Under the pieces are notes generated by a model. It ran no database searches. It was not told where the DNA came from and saw only the letters and a program-made list of their open reading frames with translations. Positions 56,211-64,000 of a DNA stretch of 64,000 nucleotides are shown in pieces. The DNA lies in NCBI GenBank assembly GCA_963664835.2, contig CAXXUG010000010.1, forward strand, positions 5,411 through 69,410, given 5' to 3'. The translations under genes and the position numbers were made by a program. The DNA comes from Chloroflexota bacterium (GTDB lineage Bacteria; Chloroflexota; UBA6077; FW602-bin22; JBCLEL01). Within the stretch, counting starts at the first letter, position 1; each line of letters starts with the position of its first letter.

Positions 56211-57209
56211 TTGTTCAAGGTCGTGATTGGCCAGTCATTCGATAAAGACGCCCTCGAATTCATGAGGCAGCGGCTTGGCGACGGATTTGATTTCCAGGAC
56301 TTGGGTGAGTCTTCGGACGAAGAGAGAATCGCGGCATACAAGGACGCAGACGCGATAGTAAGCCAGCTAATCACAACCGAGATGGCGCGAGCGGCCAACC
56401 GCGTCACGCTCATGCAGGCGCAAGGCGCCGGCGTCGAGGACATCGCAATAGATCACCTGCCGGCCGACTGCTACCTTGCCAACGTGTTCGAGCACGAGGT
56501 CGCGATATCTGAATACGTGATTATGGTGATGCTGGCGCTGTCGAGCGACCTGCTGAACCTGGACCACAACCTGCGACACAAGGGCGACATGAGCCCGGCC
56601 GGCCACTACGGCGGCAGTCCACGTGAGGGGCTGTTTGGAAAGACTATTGGAATTGTTGGGTTCGGCCGCATAGGCCAGCAGGTGGCCAAGCGCGCGTTGG
56701 CGTTTGGGATGCGGGTGATAGCCACGAAGAGGTCGCCGGACGAGGCGTTGGCGGCCGAGCATGGTCTGGATTTTCTGGGCGGGCACGGCGACCTGGGGCG
56801 TTTGCTGGATGAGTCCGACTACCTGTTGCTGGCGACGCCGCTCACTGAAGACACCAACGGACTCATCGGAGAGCCGGAATTGGACCGGATGAAGCAGAGC
56901 GCTTACATTCTCAACGTAGGGCGCGGGCCGATTATCCAGGAAGAACCGCTGTACAACGCGCTGAAGGACCGGCGCATCGCCGGGGCCGGGCTAGACGTGT
57001 GGTTCCAGTATCCGCCGCCGGGGACTTTCGGGCCGGTGTCGCGTTTCCCTCTTCACGAGTTGCCAAACGTCGTTATGACGCCTCACATGGCCGGATGGAC
57101 CAGGACGACAGTCTATCGGCGGATGGCATTCATCGCGGACAACGTGAAGCGCGTCGCGGCCGGCGAAGAACCGTTGAATCTCTTGAGGATGGGCGGAGGC
57201 GAGCGATAG
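56211..57209 (+). CDS. D-isomer-specific 2-hydroxyacid dehydrogenase family (tandem paralog)
   Basis: GKTIGIVGFGRIGQ...NVGRGPIIQE...GLDVWFQYP...TPHMAG. The TTG start follows GAGAGAGGAGG. Confidence 0.85.
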   Translation: MFKVVIGQSFDKDALEFMRQRLGDGFDFQDLGESSDEERIAAYKDADAIVSQLITTEMARAANRVTLMQAQGAGVEDIAIDHLPADCYLANVFEHEVAISEYVIMVMLALSSDLLNLDHNLRHKGDMSPAGHYGGSPREGLFGKTIGIVGFGRIGQQVAKRALAFGMRVIATKRSPDEALAAEHGLDFLGGHGDLGRLLDESDYLLLATPLTEDTNGLIGEPELDRMKQSAYILNVGRGPIIQEEPLYNALKDRRIAGAGLDVWFQYPPPGTFGPVSRFPLHELPNVVMTPHMAGWTRTTVYRRMAFIADNVKRVAAGEEPLNLLRMGGGER

Positions 57210-57279
57210 TGCGAATGATGCGAATGCCGCCGGGGCGGGGTCTCGAGATCCGAGGCTTGGACGCGTACCGCTGCCATCT

Positions 57280-58251
57280 TTGTCCCGCCGGCGGGGCGCA
57301 GTGCCTCCGCTAAAGGACGTTTCGCGGGCGATTGGCGGCACACCGATCGTGTGGCTCGATCGATTGACCGAGTCAATGCCCGGCCGTGTGGCACTCAAGC
57401 TGGAGTACTTCTCACCCGGATTCAGCGTGAAGGACCGTATCGCCCGGCAGATCGTAGAAGACGCGGAGGCGGATGGCCGACTGAAGCCGGGCATGACGGT
57501 GGTCGAACTGACCAGCGGCAACACCGGCACCGGCCTGGCGGTGGTGTGCGCGATCAAGGGTTACAGGTTCATCGCGGTGATGTCGGAAGGGAACACCGAG
57601 GAACGGCGGAAGATGCTCACGGCGTTGGGCGCGGAGTTGGTGCTGGTGCCGCAGGCCGGCGGTTCCCATCCGGGGCAGGTATCGAAGGAAGATATAGAGC
57701 TGCTGGAGGCCAAAACAGCGGAGCTCACCGAGCAGCTTGGGGCGTTCCGGGCGGATCAGTTCAACAACCTGAGCAACGTGCGCGCCCACGAAATGGGTAC
57801 CGGTAGAGAGATCTGGGAACAGACCGAGGGCGGAGTGACCAGATTTTGCGCGATGGTTGGCACCGGCGGGACATTCATGGGGTGCGCTCGGGCGTTGAAG
57901 AAGCGTAATCCTGACATCCAGACATTCGCGATCGAGCCGGAGGAGTCGGCGGCGCTGGCCGGCCGGGAAGTCACGAATACACGCCACAAGATTCAAGGGG
58001 CCGGGTACGCCATGGTACCGCCGCTCTGGGAGCCGGAGTACTGCGACGGGTTCCTGGCGGTCAGCGACGAAGAGGCCATCAAGGGGTCTCGGAGACTGGC
58101 TCGACGGGAAGGGATATTCGTCGGATTCAGCGCCGGCGCGAACGTGGCGGCGGCGCTCCGGCTGGCAGGCGAATGCCGGCATGGGGAGATTGTCGCGACT
58201 ACGGCGAACGACTCCGGCCTCAAGTACCTGAGCACGGATTTGTTCCCGTGA
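57280..58251 (+). CDS. Cysteine synthase / PLP-dependent beta-replacement enzyme family
   Basis: GGTPIVWL...KLEYFSPGFSVKDRIA...TSGNTGTGLA. The start is uncertain: TTG 57280 or GTG 57301. Confidence 0.85.
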   Translation: MSRRRGAVPPLKDVSRAIGGTPIVWLDRLTESMPGRVALKLEYFSPGFSVKDRIARQIVEDAEADGRLKPGMTVVELTSGNTGTGLAVVCAIKGYRFIAVMSEGNTEERRKMLTALGAELVLVPQAGGSHPGQVSKEDIELLEAKTAELTEQLGAFRADQFNNLSNVRAHEMGTGREIWEQTEGGVTRFCAMVGTGGTFMGCARALKKRNPDIQTFAIEPEESAALAGREVTNTRHKIQGAGYAMVPPLWEPEYCDGFLAVSDEEAIKGSRRLARREGIFVGFSAGANVAAALRLAGECRHGEIVATTANDSGLKYLSTDLFP

Positions 58252-58315
58252 GCCTGCGCCGTGATCGGAGAACCGGCGACTCACGAAGCCGGGCAGACCG
58301 TCCCGCAACGGCGCG

Positions 58316-59050
58316 GTGACCCCGACCGACGCCAACCTGGCAATCGATGTCGAGAGACTGGCTGCCGGCCACGGGATCAAGCTCGCCGAGCGGCAGCGGG
58401 ACGCCTTCGTCCGTTACTACCATCTGCTTGTCCAATGGAGCCGGCGGGCGCGCCTGGTTGGAAACACCGACCTGGAAGAGATCAGGGACAAGTTCTTTGT
58501 CGATTCGCTGGTGATGGGCCAGGCAATAGGTCTCGGTCGAGGGCAGGTGAGGCTTGTTGACGTCGGTTCCGGAGGGGGATTTCCGGGCGTTCCCATCGCG
58601 ATCGCCTGGCCGGAAGTTGAGGTCACGCTGGTCGAGAGCGTCGGAAAGAAGTCGCAATTCCTGAAGACACTGGCTGACGAGCTACATTTGTCGAATGTGG
58701 AAGTAATTTGCGAGCGGGCGGAGGTCCTGGGTGCGTCGCCGGACCACAGAGCGCGGTACGACTTTGCGCTGGCGAGGGCGGTGGGCAACGTCGGATTGAC
58801 AGCCGAGTTATGTCTGCCATTCGTCAGGGTGGGAGGGATCGCGGCGACAACGAGACGAGTCGATCAGTGGGCGGAGGTCGAGGCCGGCAGGGAGTTAGTG
58901 GAGTCGATGGGGGGAGAGTTCAGGGAGCCGGTGGAGAGGGACGTTCCGGGATTCGCCGGCCGGCGGCGCTATCTGCTGATCGAGAAGGTCCGGCCGACGC
59001 CGGCCCGGTTTCCTCGGAGGGCTTCTCGGTTGGGCGAGAGGGTTAGGTGA
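58316..59050 (+). CDS. rsmG: 16S rRNA (guanine527-N7)-methyltransferase
   Basis: LVGNTDLEEIRDKFFVDSL...VDVGSGGGFPGVPIAI...LVESVGKK..FL. Confidence 0.9.
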   Translation: MTPTDANLAIDVERLAAGHGIKLAERQRDAFVRYYHLLVQWSRRARLVGNTDLEEIRDKFFVDSLVMGQAIGLGRGQVRLVDVGSGGGFPGVPIAIAWPEVEVTLVESVGKKSQFLKTLADELHLSNVEVICERAEVLGASPDHRARYDFALARAVGNVGLTAELCLPFVRVGGIAATTRRVDQWAEVEAGRELVESMGGEFREPVERDVPGFAGRRRYLLIEKVRPTPARFPRRASRLGERVR

Positions 59051-59086
59051 GCGGCTGAAGTCTATCCCGGAGCTGGATCTGTGGCA

Positions 59087-59370
59087 TGTTTTCGTACCTC
59101 TCGCTCATGCCGGGAAGGGCCGGCACGCCAAGGTACGAAAACCCGGAGTTGCGGTTTTATGCGACGAATGCGCACGGGGGATTCTGCCACACCCCACCCC
59201 GACCCCAGCGGGGGACAAGCCCCCGCGCTACATTTCCCATCCCCGCCACTCGGGGTTCCGAGTCCGAATCAGGTTCTGGGGCATGTCTTCGCCGGTGTTA
59301 GTGTGTCGGGCGTCAAGAAGTCTGACGAGGCCGGCAATCCTCCCTTGGCGGGTTTGAAACCCGCCACTAC
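59087..59370 (+). repeat. Intergenic GC-rich repeat, long-form copy R7, plus a GFKPA-type hairpin
   Basis: tgttttcgtacctctcgctcatgccgg...ggcacgccaaggtacgaaaacccggagttgcgg...accccgaccccagcgggggacaagcccccgcgctacatttccca. The core is at 59208-59226, and a second hairpin ggcgggtttgaaacccgcc lies at 59347-59365. Confidence 0.85.
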
Positions 59371-59527
59371 GGCAACTTGGGCTCTTTGCAGCAGGCCGGC
59401 CGGATTCTCTTTTCCCTCCCAGTTGAGCCTGACCAATGGACGGGGATGGGCCGATACGCCAAGCGTCCGAACCTTGTGCTAAATTGGGGCCACGTTTCCG
59501 AGTGGATGTACAAGCCGGAGGGCAGGG

Positions 59528-61312
59528 GTGCGAGGTTCGGCGATGGATCAATCTGAGGAAGACGAAGTTCAAGCGGGAAAGAATCGGCTGGATCCCATCC
59601 AGTTCGAGGTGATTCGGAACGCGCTGGTCGCCTCGACGGAGGAAATGGCGACGGCGCTGCGGCGCTGCGCGTTCTCCACCAACGTAAAGACGCGCGGCGA
59701 CTTTTCCTGCGCGTTCTTCGATCGTCGTATTAGAGTTGCCGCCCAAGCGTTCACCCAGCCAGTGCATCTCGGCTCCCTGGTCGAGCTGGTTCCCCGGACG
59801 GTGCGCTCTTACGGTCCGGACAATCTCAAGCCGGGCGATATGCTGGTGACGAACGATCCCTATAACGGCGGAGTCCACCTGAACGACGTGACTGTGATCG
59901 CGCCGGTGTTCGAGGGGAAGGAGCCCATCGGGTACCTGGCGAACCTGGCGCACCACGTGGACGTGGGCGGTGGCGCACCGGCCAGCATCGGAGTGTTTCA
60001 GGAAGTCTTCCAGGAAGGGATCATCATTCCGCCGGTGAAGCTGGTGGAGTCCGGCGAGATAGTTGACGACATATTCCGGCTGATACTCTCGCAGATACGC
60101 AGCAAGCGAGAGACGGCCGGCGATTTTCGGGCCCAAATCGCGGCGAACGTGACCGGCCAGCGCAGGATAATCGAGCTTGTGGGTCGGATCGGCCGGGCGG
60201 AGCTTGACCAGTACACGGACGCGATCATCGACTATACGCGCCGGCGCACCGAGGCGGACCTACGCAAGCTGCCTCGGGGTTCGTACTCGGCGGAAGGGTA
60301 CCTGGACACCGATGGGTTCACAGACCAGCCGGTGCGCCTATGCGCGAAGGTAATAATCGGAGACGGCGGGGTCGTCTTCGACCTGGCCGGATCGGACGAT
60401 CAACGGCGGGCGCCGGTGAACTCGACGTTCGCCCAGACTTTTTCGGCCTGCGCGTACGCGCTCAAATGCCTCGTCGACCAGGACATCCCGGTGAACCAGG
60501 GATTCTATGACCTGGTGCAGGTGAGTGCGCCACCGGGGAGTGTGACAAACAGCACACCGCCGGCACCGGTAGTAGGAGGTTGGGAGACGCAGACGCGCCT
60601 GGTTGACGTCATATTCAAGGCGCTCTCGGAGCCGATGCCGACCCGGGTGCCGGCCGGCACCAAGGCGATGCAGTGCCAGGCCGGCTTCGGCGGGCAGGAC
60701 TCGGCGAGAGACGAATACTACTGCTACTACGAAGCGCTGGCGGGAGGCTACGGCGGGCGATTCGGTAGGGATGGACCTGACGCGGTGCAGGCGCACGGCC
60801 AGAACACGGAGAACGCCCCGATCGAGGAGATAGAAGCCAACTATCCGGTCCAGATCACACGCTACGAGCTGATTCAAGACTCAGGAGGGGCCGGCCAGTG
60901 GCGGGGCGGTCTGGGGCTCAGGCGCGACTACCGATTTCCCTACAGTGAGACGACATTCACGATTCTCGCCGACCGGGACCGGGCGGGGCCCTGGGGCCTA
61001 TTCGGGGGACACTCCGGACTTCGGGCAAACTACGTTCTCAATCCAGAAGAAGAGGGCCGGCGACTCAGCTCCAAGACTACAGTCGAGCTCCGGGTGGGCG
61101 ACACGATCAGCTACCAGACGTGCGGCGGCGGCGGGTACGGGCCGCCGGAGAGACGCGACCCCCAAAGCGTTTTGCAGGACGTGCGAGAAGGTAAAGTGAG
61201 TCTGGGGCAGGCCGAGGACGCGTACCGCGTTGCAATAGACCCTTCCGACTGGACGGTTAACGCCGGCGAGACCGCTCGTCTCCGCGAGAGACCCGTTGCC
61301 AGCGACAGATAG
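59528..61312 (+). CDS. Hydantoinase B/oxoprolinase family protein
   Basis: DPIQFEVIRNALVASTEEMATALRRCAFSTNVKTRGDFSCAFFD...NDPYNGGVHLNDV. The start is either GTG 59528 or ATG 59543. Confidence 0.88.
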   Translation: MRGSAMDQSEEDEVQAGKNRLDPIQFEVIRNALVASTEEMATALRRCAFSTNVKTRGDFSCAFFDRRIRVAAQAFTQPVHLGSLVELVPRTVRSYGPDNLKPGDMLVTNDPYNGGVHLNDVTVIAPVFEGKEPIGYLANLAHHVDVGGGAPASIGVFQEVFQEGIIIPPVKLVESGEIVDDIFRLILSQIRSKRETAGDFRAQIAANVTGQRRIIELVGRIGRAELDQYTDAIIDYTRRRTEADLRKLPRGSYSAEGYLDTDGFTDQPVRLCAKVIIGDGGVVFDLAGSDDQRRAPVNSTFAQTFSACAYALKCLVDQDIPVNQGFYDLVQVSAPPGSVTNSTPPAPVVGGWETQTRLVDVIFKALSEPMPTRVPAGTKAMQCQAGFGGQDSARDEYYCYYEALAGGYGGRFGRDGPDAVQAHGQNTENAPIEEIEANYPVQITRYELIQDSGGAGQWRGGLGLRRDYRFPYSETTFTILADRDRAGPWGLFGGHSGLRANYVLNPEEEGRRLSSKTTVELRVGDTISYQTCGGGGYGPPERRDPQSVLQDVREGKVSLGQAEDAYRVAIDPSDWTVNAGETARLRERPVASDR

Positions 61313-63494
61313 ACCGTTCAGCGACGGCAACGAGGCGCAGGCCGGCCGGCCCGGGCGCGAGTCTGTTGGTAGCCAATTCCGGCTGGGCGTGGACATAGGC
61401 GGTACCTTCACGGACGCGACGCTGATCGACGAGGCGACCGGCGCGGTGTATGTAGCCAAGTCATCGACGACTCCGGAAGACCTGGTGATCGGGTTCAAGA
61501 ACGCGGCGAGCGCCGTGGTGGGTCAAGCGTCAGTAACGCCTCGAGATATTCGCTACCTCGTCCACGCGACTACAGTGGCGACGAACGCGATTATCGAGGG
61601 CCGGGTCGCAACCACCGCCTTCATCACCACCGCGGGATTCCGCGACTTGCTGGAGATTGCCCGGCAGGTGCGGCCGACTCTGTATGACCTGATGTTCGAG
61701 AAGCCACGTCCGCTGGTCCCGCGCCACCTGTGTTTCGAAGTATTGGAGCGAGTCGACGCCTCCGGCAGAGTCCAGGTTGGCCTGAAGGAGGAAGAAATCC
61801 GCGGACTCGCGGCGCTGATCAGAGATCAAGGTGTGGAGGCCGTCGCGGTGTGCCTGCTTCATTCGTACGTGAACCCCATCCATGAGACATGGATTGGCGG
61901 GATTCTGGCAGCGGAACTGCCCGGCGTGCGGGTCTCACTTTCTTCGAGAGTGGCGCCGGAGATTCGCGAGTACGTACGCGCGAGCACGACGGTGATCAAT
62001 GCGGTCATCCAACCCACAGTCTCCAGGTACCTGCGGGGGTTGGAGGAAGAGCTTCGGGAGTTGGGCGTAACCGGAGAACATCTGGTAATGCAGAGCAGCG
62101 GAGGAGTATTCACGTTCCCGGCGGCAATAGAAAAGCCGGTGTTCATGGTCGAGTCGGGGCCGGCGGCCGGAGTTGTCGCCGCGAGATACGTGGGCGACAA
62201 CCTTGGATATCGGCAAGTGATTTCATTCGACATGGGAGGCACCACGGCGAAAGCCGGCCTTATACAGAACGGCAGACCGCGAGTGACGAAGGACTACGAA
62301 GTTGGATCGGTCGCGAGGTCGACGGTCGGAGGGTCGCGTGCCGCCGGCTATCCTATTCGGACGCCGGTGATCGACCTGGTAGAGGTCGGCGCCGGAGGCG
62401 GCTCTATCGCGTGGATCGACTCCGGTGGGACCCTGAGGGTTGGTCCCCAGAGCGCCGGCGCAGATCCGGGGCCGGTGTGCTACGGGAAGGGCGGAGAGGA
62501 GCCGACGGTTACCGACGCCAACCTGGTCCTGGGGCGATTGAATCCGGCGTATTTCCTGGGGGGTAAAATCGGCCTTGACACAGATGGCGCGCGACAGGCG
62601 ATAGAGGAGAAGTGCGCCCGGCCGCTTGGCATGGATCCGGTCGAGGCTGCGCACGGCATAGTAGAGATCGCGAACGCGGCGATGGTGAACGCGCTGCGTT
62701 TGGTGTCGGTCCAGCGGGGTCTGGACCCACGCGACTTCGCGCTCGTCGCCTTTGGCGGGGCCGGCCCTCTTCACGCGAACCGGCTGGCGGAGGAGATTGA
62801 AGTCCCCGTTACGGTAATACCAATCAGCCCCGGGACCACCTCGGCGATCGGCCTCCTGGTGACCGACCTCACGCACGACTACGCGACCTCGTTCATCCAG
62901 CGGACGGACGCGGCGGACCTCGCGGCGATCGAGGACGCGTTCCGACAACTTGAAGAGCAGGGCAGATCGGCGCTGGACCGGGAAGGTGTAAAGCCGCGGC
63001 AGATGCTGCTGCGACGGCAGTTGGAGATGCGCTACGTGGGACAGAGCTTCGAGCTTGTCATCCCACTGCCGGATGGTGGGCCGCGAACGCTGGGGATAGG
63101 TGAGTTAGTGTCCCGGTTCCACGAAGACCATCAGGCCACCTACGGCACCTCGACGCCAGACGGGCCGGTCGAGATCGTGAACCTTCGAGTCACGGCGGTG
63201 GGCCGGATCGAAAAGCCGAAGCTACGGGAGATCGGTTCAGCCGGCGGAGATGTAGCTGCGGCGCGGAAGGCAGTTCGGCCGGTGTATTTCTCGGAGAACG
63301 GGGAAATGATCGATTGCCCGATTTACGATCGGTACGCGCTGGGGGCGGAGATGCTCGTCGAGGGGCCGGCTGTAGTCGAGGAAGTCGACTCGACTACGTT
63401 GATTCATCCGGGTTACGAGGCGTTGGTCGATAGATTCGGAAATCTCTTGCTCAGTAAGGCCAAGAGAGCGCCGACGAGCGGCGTCGCGGGCTAA
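61296..63494 (+). CDS. Hydantoinase A/oxoprolinase family protein
   Basis: FRLGVDIGGTFTDATLID...SFDMGGTTAK...GGAGPLHA. It overlaps the previous gene by 17 nt, and the exact start is uncertain. Confidence 0.88.
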   Translation: MPATDRPFSDGNEAQAGRPGRESVGSQFRLGVDIGGTFTDATLIDEATGAVYVAKSSTTPEDLVIGFKNAASAVVGQASVTPRDIRYLVHATTVATNAIIEGRVATTAFITTAGFRDLLEIARQVRPTLYDLMFEKPRPLVPRHLCFEVLERVDASGRVQVGLKEEEIRGLAALIRDQGVEAVAVCLLHSYVNPIHETWIGGILAAELPGVRVSLSSRVAPEIREYVRASTTVINAVIQPTVSRYLRGLEEELRELGVTGEHLVMQSSGGVFTFPAAIEKPVFMVESGPAAGVVAARYVGDNLGYRQVISFDMGGTTAKAGLIQNGRPRVTKDYEVGSVARSTVGGSRAAGYPIRTPVIDLVEVGAGGGSIAWIDSGGTLRVGPQSAGADPGPVCYGKGGEEPTVTDANLVLGRLNPAYFLGGKIGLDTDGARQAIEEKCARPLGMDPVEAAHGIVEIANAAMVNALRLVSVQRGLDPRDFALVAFGGAGPLHANRLAEEIEVPVTVIPISPGTTSAIGLLVTDLTHDYATSFIQRTDAADLAAIEDAFRQLEEQGRSALDREGVKPRQMLLRRQLEMRYVGQSFELVIPLPDGGPRTLGIGELVSRFHEDHQATYGTSTPDGPVEIVNLRVTAVGRIEKPKLREIGSAGGDVAAARKAVRPVYFSENGEMIDCPIYDRYALGAEMLVEGPAVVEEVDSTTLIHPGYEALVDRFGNLLLSKAKRAPTSGVAG

Positions 63495-63503
63495 CGAACC
63501 GCG

Positions 63504-63959
63504 TTAACGGCCGCGGGAGGCGCACCACTCCTCGTACGAGGGCACCGGCTCACCCACAACGTAAAGAAAATAGTAGCAGCCCATCTCTCCGAGAAACTTG
63601 AAGTCCTTTCTGAGCGCCTTGACCGTGGCATCGAAATCGGCGTGGGAGCGCAGGTACTCCTGGAACGTGCCATGCTGGCGTTCGAGCTGGACCAGGCGGT
63701 TGGCGTTGCCAACAATCGCATCCAGCTTGCGCCGGTTGCGGATTACCCGGGTGTCCTGGACGAGCGCATCCACGTGCTCATCGCGCATGTCGGCGACATC
63801 GTATGCATCAAATCCGCGCAGAGCCGACCGTATTCCGGGCCACTTGGCCTCGACGACCCGCCACGACATTCCTGACTGAAAGACCGCCTTGCTCATCACT
63901 TCAAGATAGTCGCCGAGGGACTCAGGTTCGATTTGCTTGGGCGTTTCATATGCCGGCAT
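63504..63959 (-). CDS. tag: DNA-3-methyladenine glycosylase I family
   Basis: YLEVMSKAVFQSGMSWRVVEAKWPGIRSALRGFD...VIRNRRKLDAIVGNA. Confidence 0.75.
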   Translation of the reverse strand: MPAYETPKQIEPESLGDYLEVMSKAVFQSGMSWRVVEAKWPGIRSALRGFDAYDVADMRDEHVDALVQDTRVIRNRRKLDAIVGNANRLVQLERQHGTFQEYLRSHADFDATVKALRKDFKFLGEMGCYYFLYVVGEPVPSYEEWCASRGR

Positions 63960-64000
63960 GGGTAGTCTCCATCTCGAACAACGGTTGGTCGGCGAGGCTC

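Noticed and set aside
57412-58380. 322-aa minus-strand ORF
   Set aside because: Antisense to the cysteine-synthase-family gene, with an Arg/Pro-rich composition and no recognisable motifs.
59228-60136. 302-aa minus-strand ORF
   Set aside because: It overlaps repeat R7 and is antisense to the hydantoinase B gene, whose frame carries the conserved motifs.

Overview
High-GC (about 60%) bacterial chromosomal window, mostly core metabolism, with about 55 supportable protein genes, one tRNA and no rRNA, CRISPR array, integrase or prophage. Left to right: a partial sulfite-oxidase-family Mo enzyme and SufT; a CoA/pantothenate supercluster (coaX-coaBC, then S58 peptidase-DUF2520-panB-panC joined by ATGA overlaps); a convergent fabF-fabH-fabG-fabD operon directly downstream of the ribosomal/RNAP alpha block (rpmJ-rpsM-rpsK-rpsD-rpoA-rplQ-truA-rplM-rpsI). 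An accessory-looking catabolic region follows, from about 18.2 to 37.1 kb: a beta-helix protein, M24 peptidase, Ldh_2 oxidoreductase, cyclase, Hyi-like isomerase, DapA-like aldolase, CoxG, a CUT1-type ABC importer without an ATPase gene, four tandem BNR/Asp-box paralogs of which only one is intact, and a 2-hydroxyacid dehydrogenase. After that come tRNA-Arg(TCT), a DD-carboxypeptidase, an aminotransferase, NUDIX, a TPR-SF2 helicase with a Zn-ribbon, a second KAS II with DinB and an SDR, AlaX, DUF971, a second Ldh_2, fumC, MFS, a PLD-family protein, YjbR, two tandem 2-hydroxyacid dehydrogenases, cysK-like, rsmG, hyuB/hyuA and tag. I found no recognisable defence, toxin or mobile system. The signals most worth a second look are: (1) a dispersed GC-rich intergenic repeat family with a conserved hairpin core, with every recognised copy in the same orientation; (2) the decaying BNR paralog array with an embedded IS200/RAYT-like relic; (3) the structured 237-nt leader with a terminator in front of the pan operon, and the non-canonical S58 and DUF2520 genes inside that operon; (4) the unusual helicase with recent internal duplications. 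The taxonomic guess of Chloroflexota is inference only, based on Val/Glu/Lys-rich binding-protein linkers, repeat style and gene order. All calls come from reading the translations, and no database search was run.
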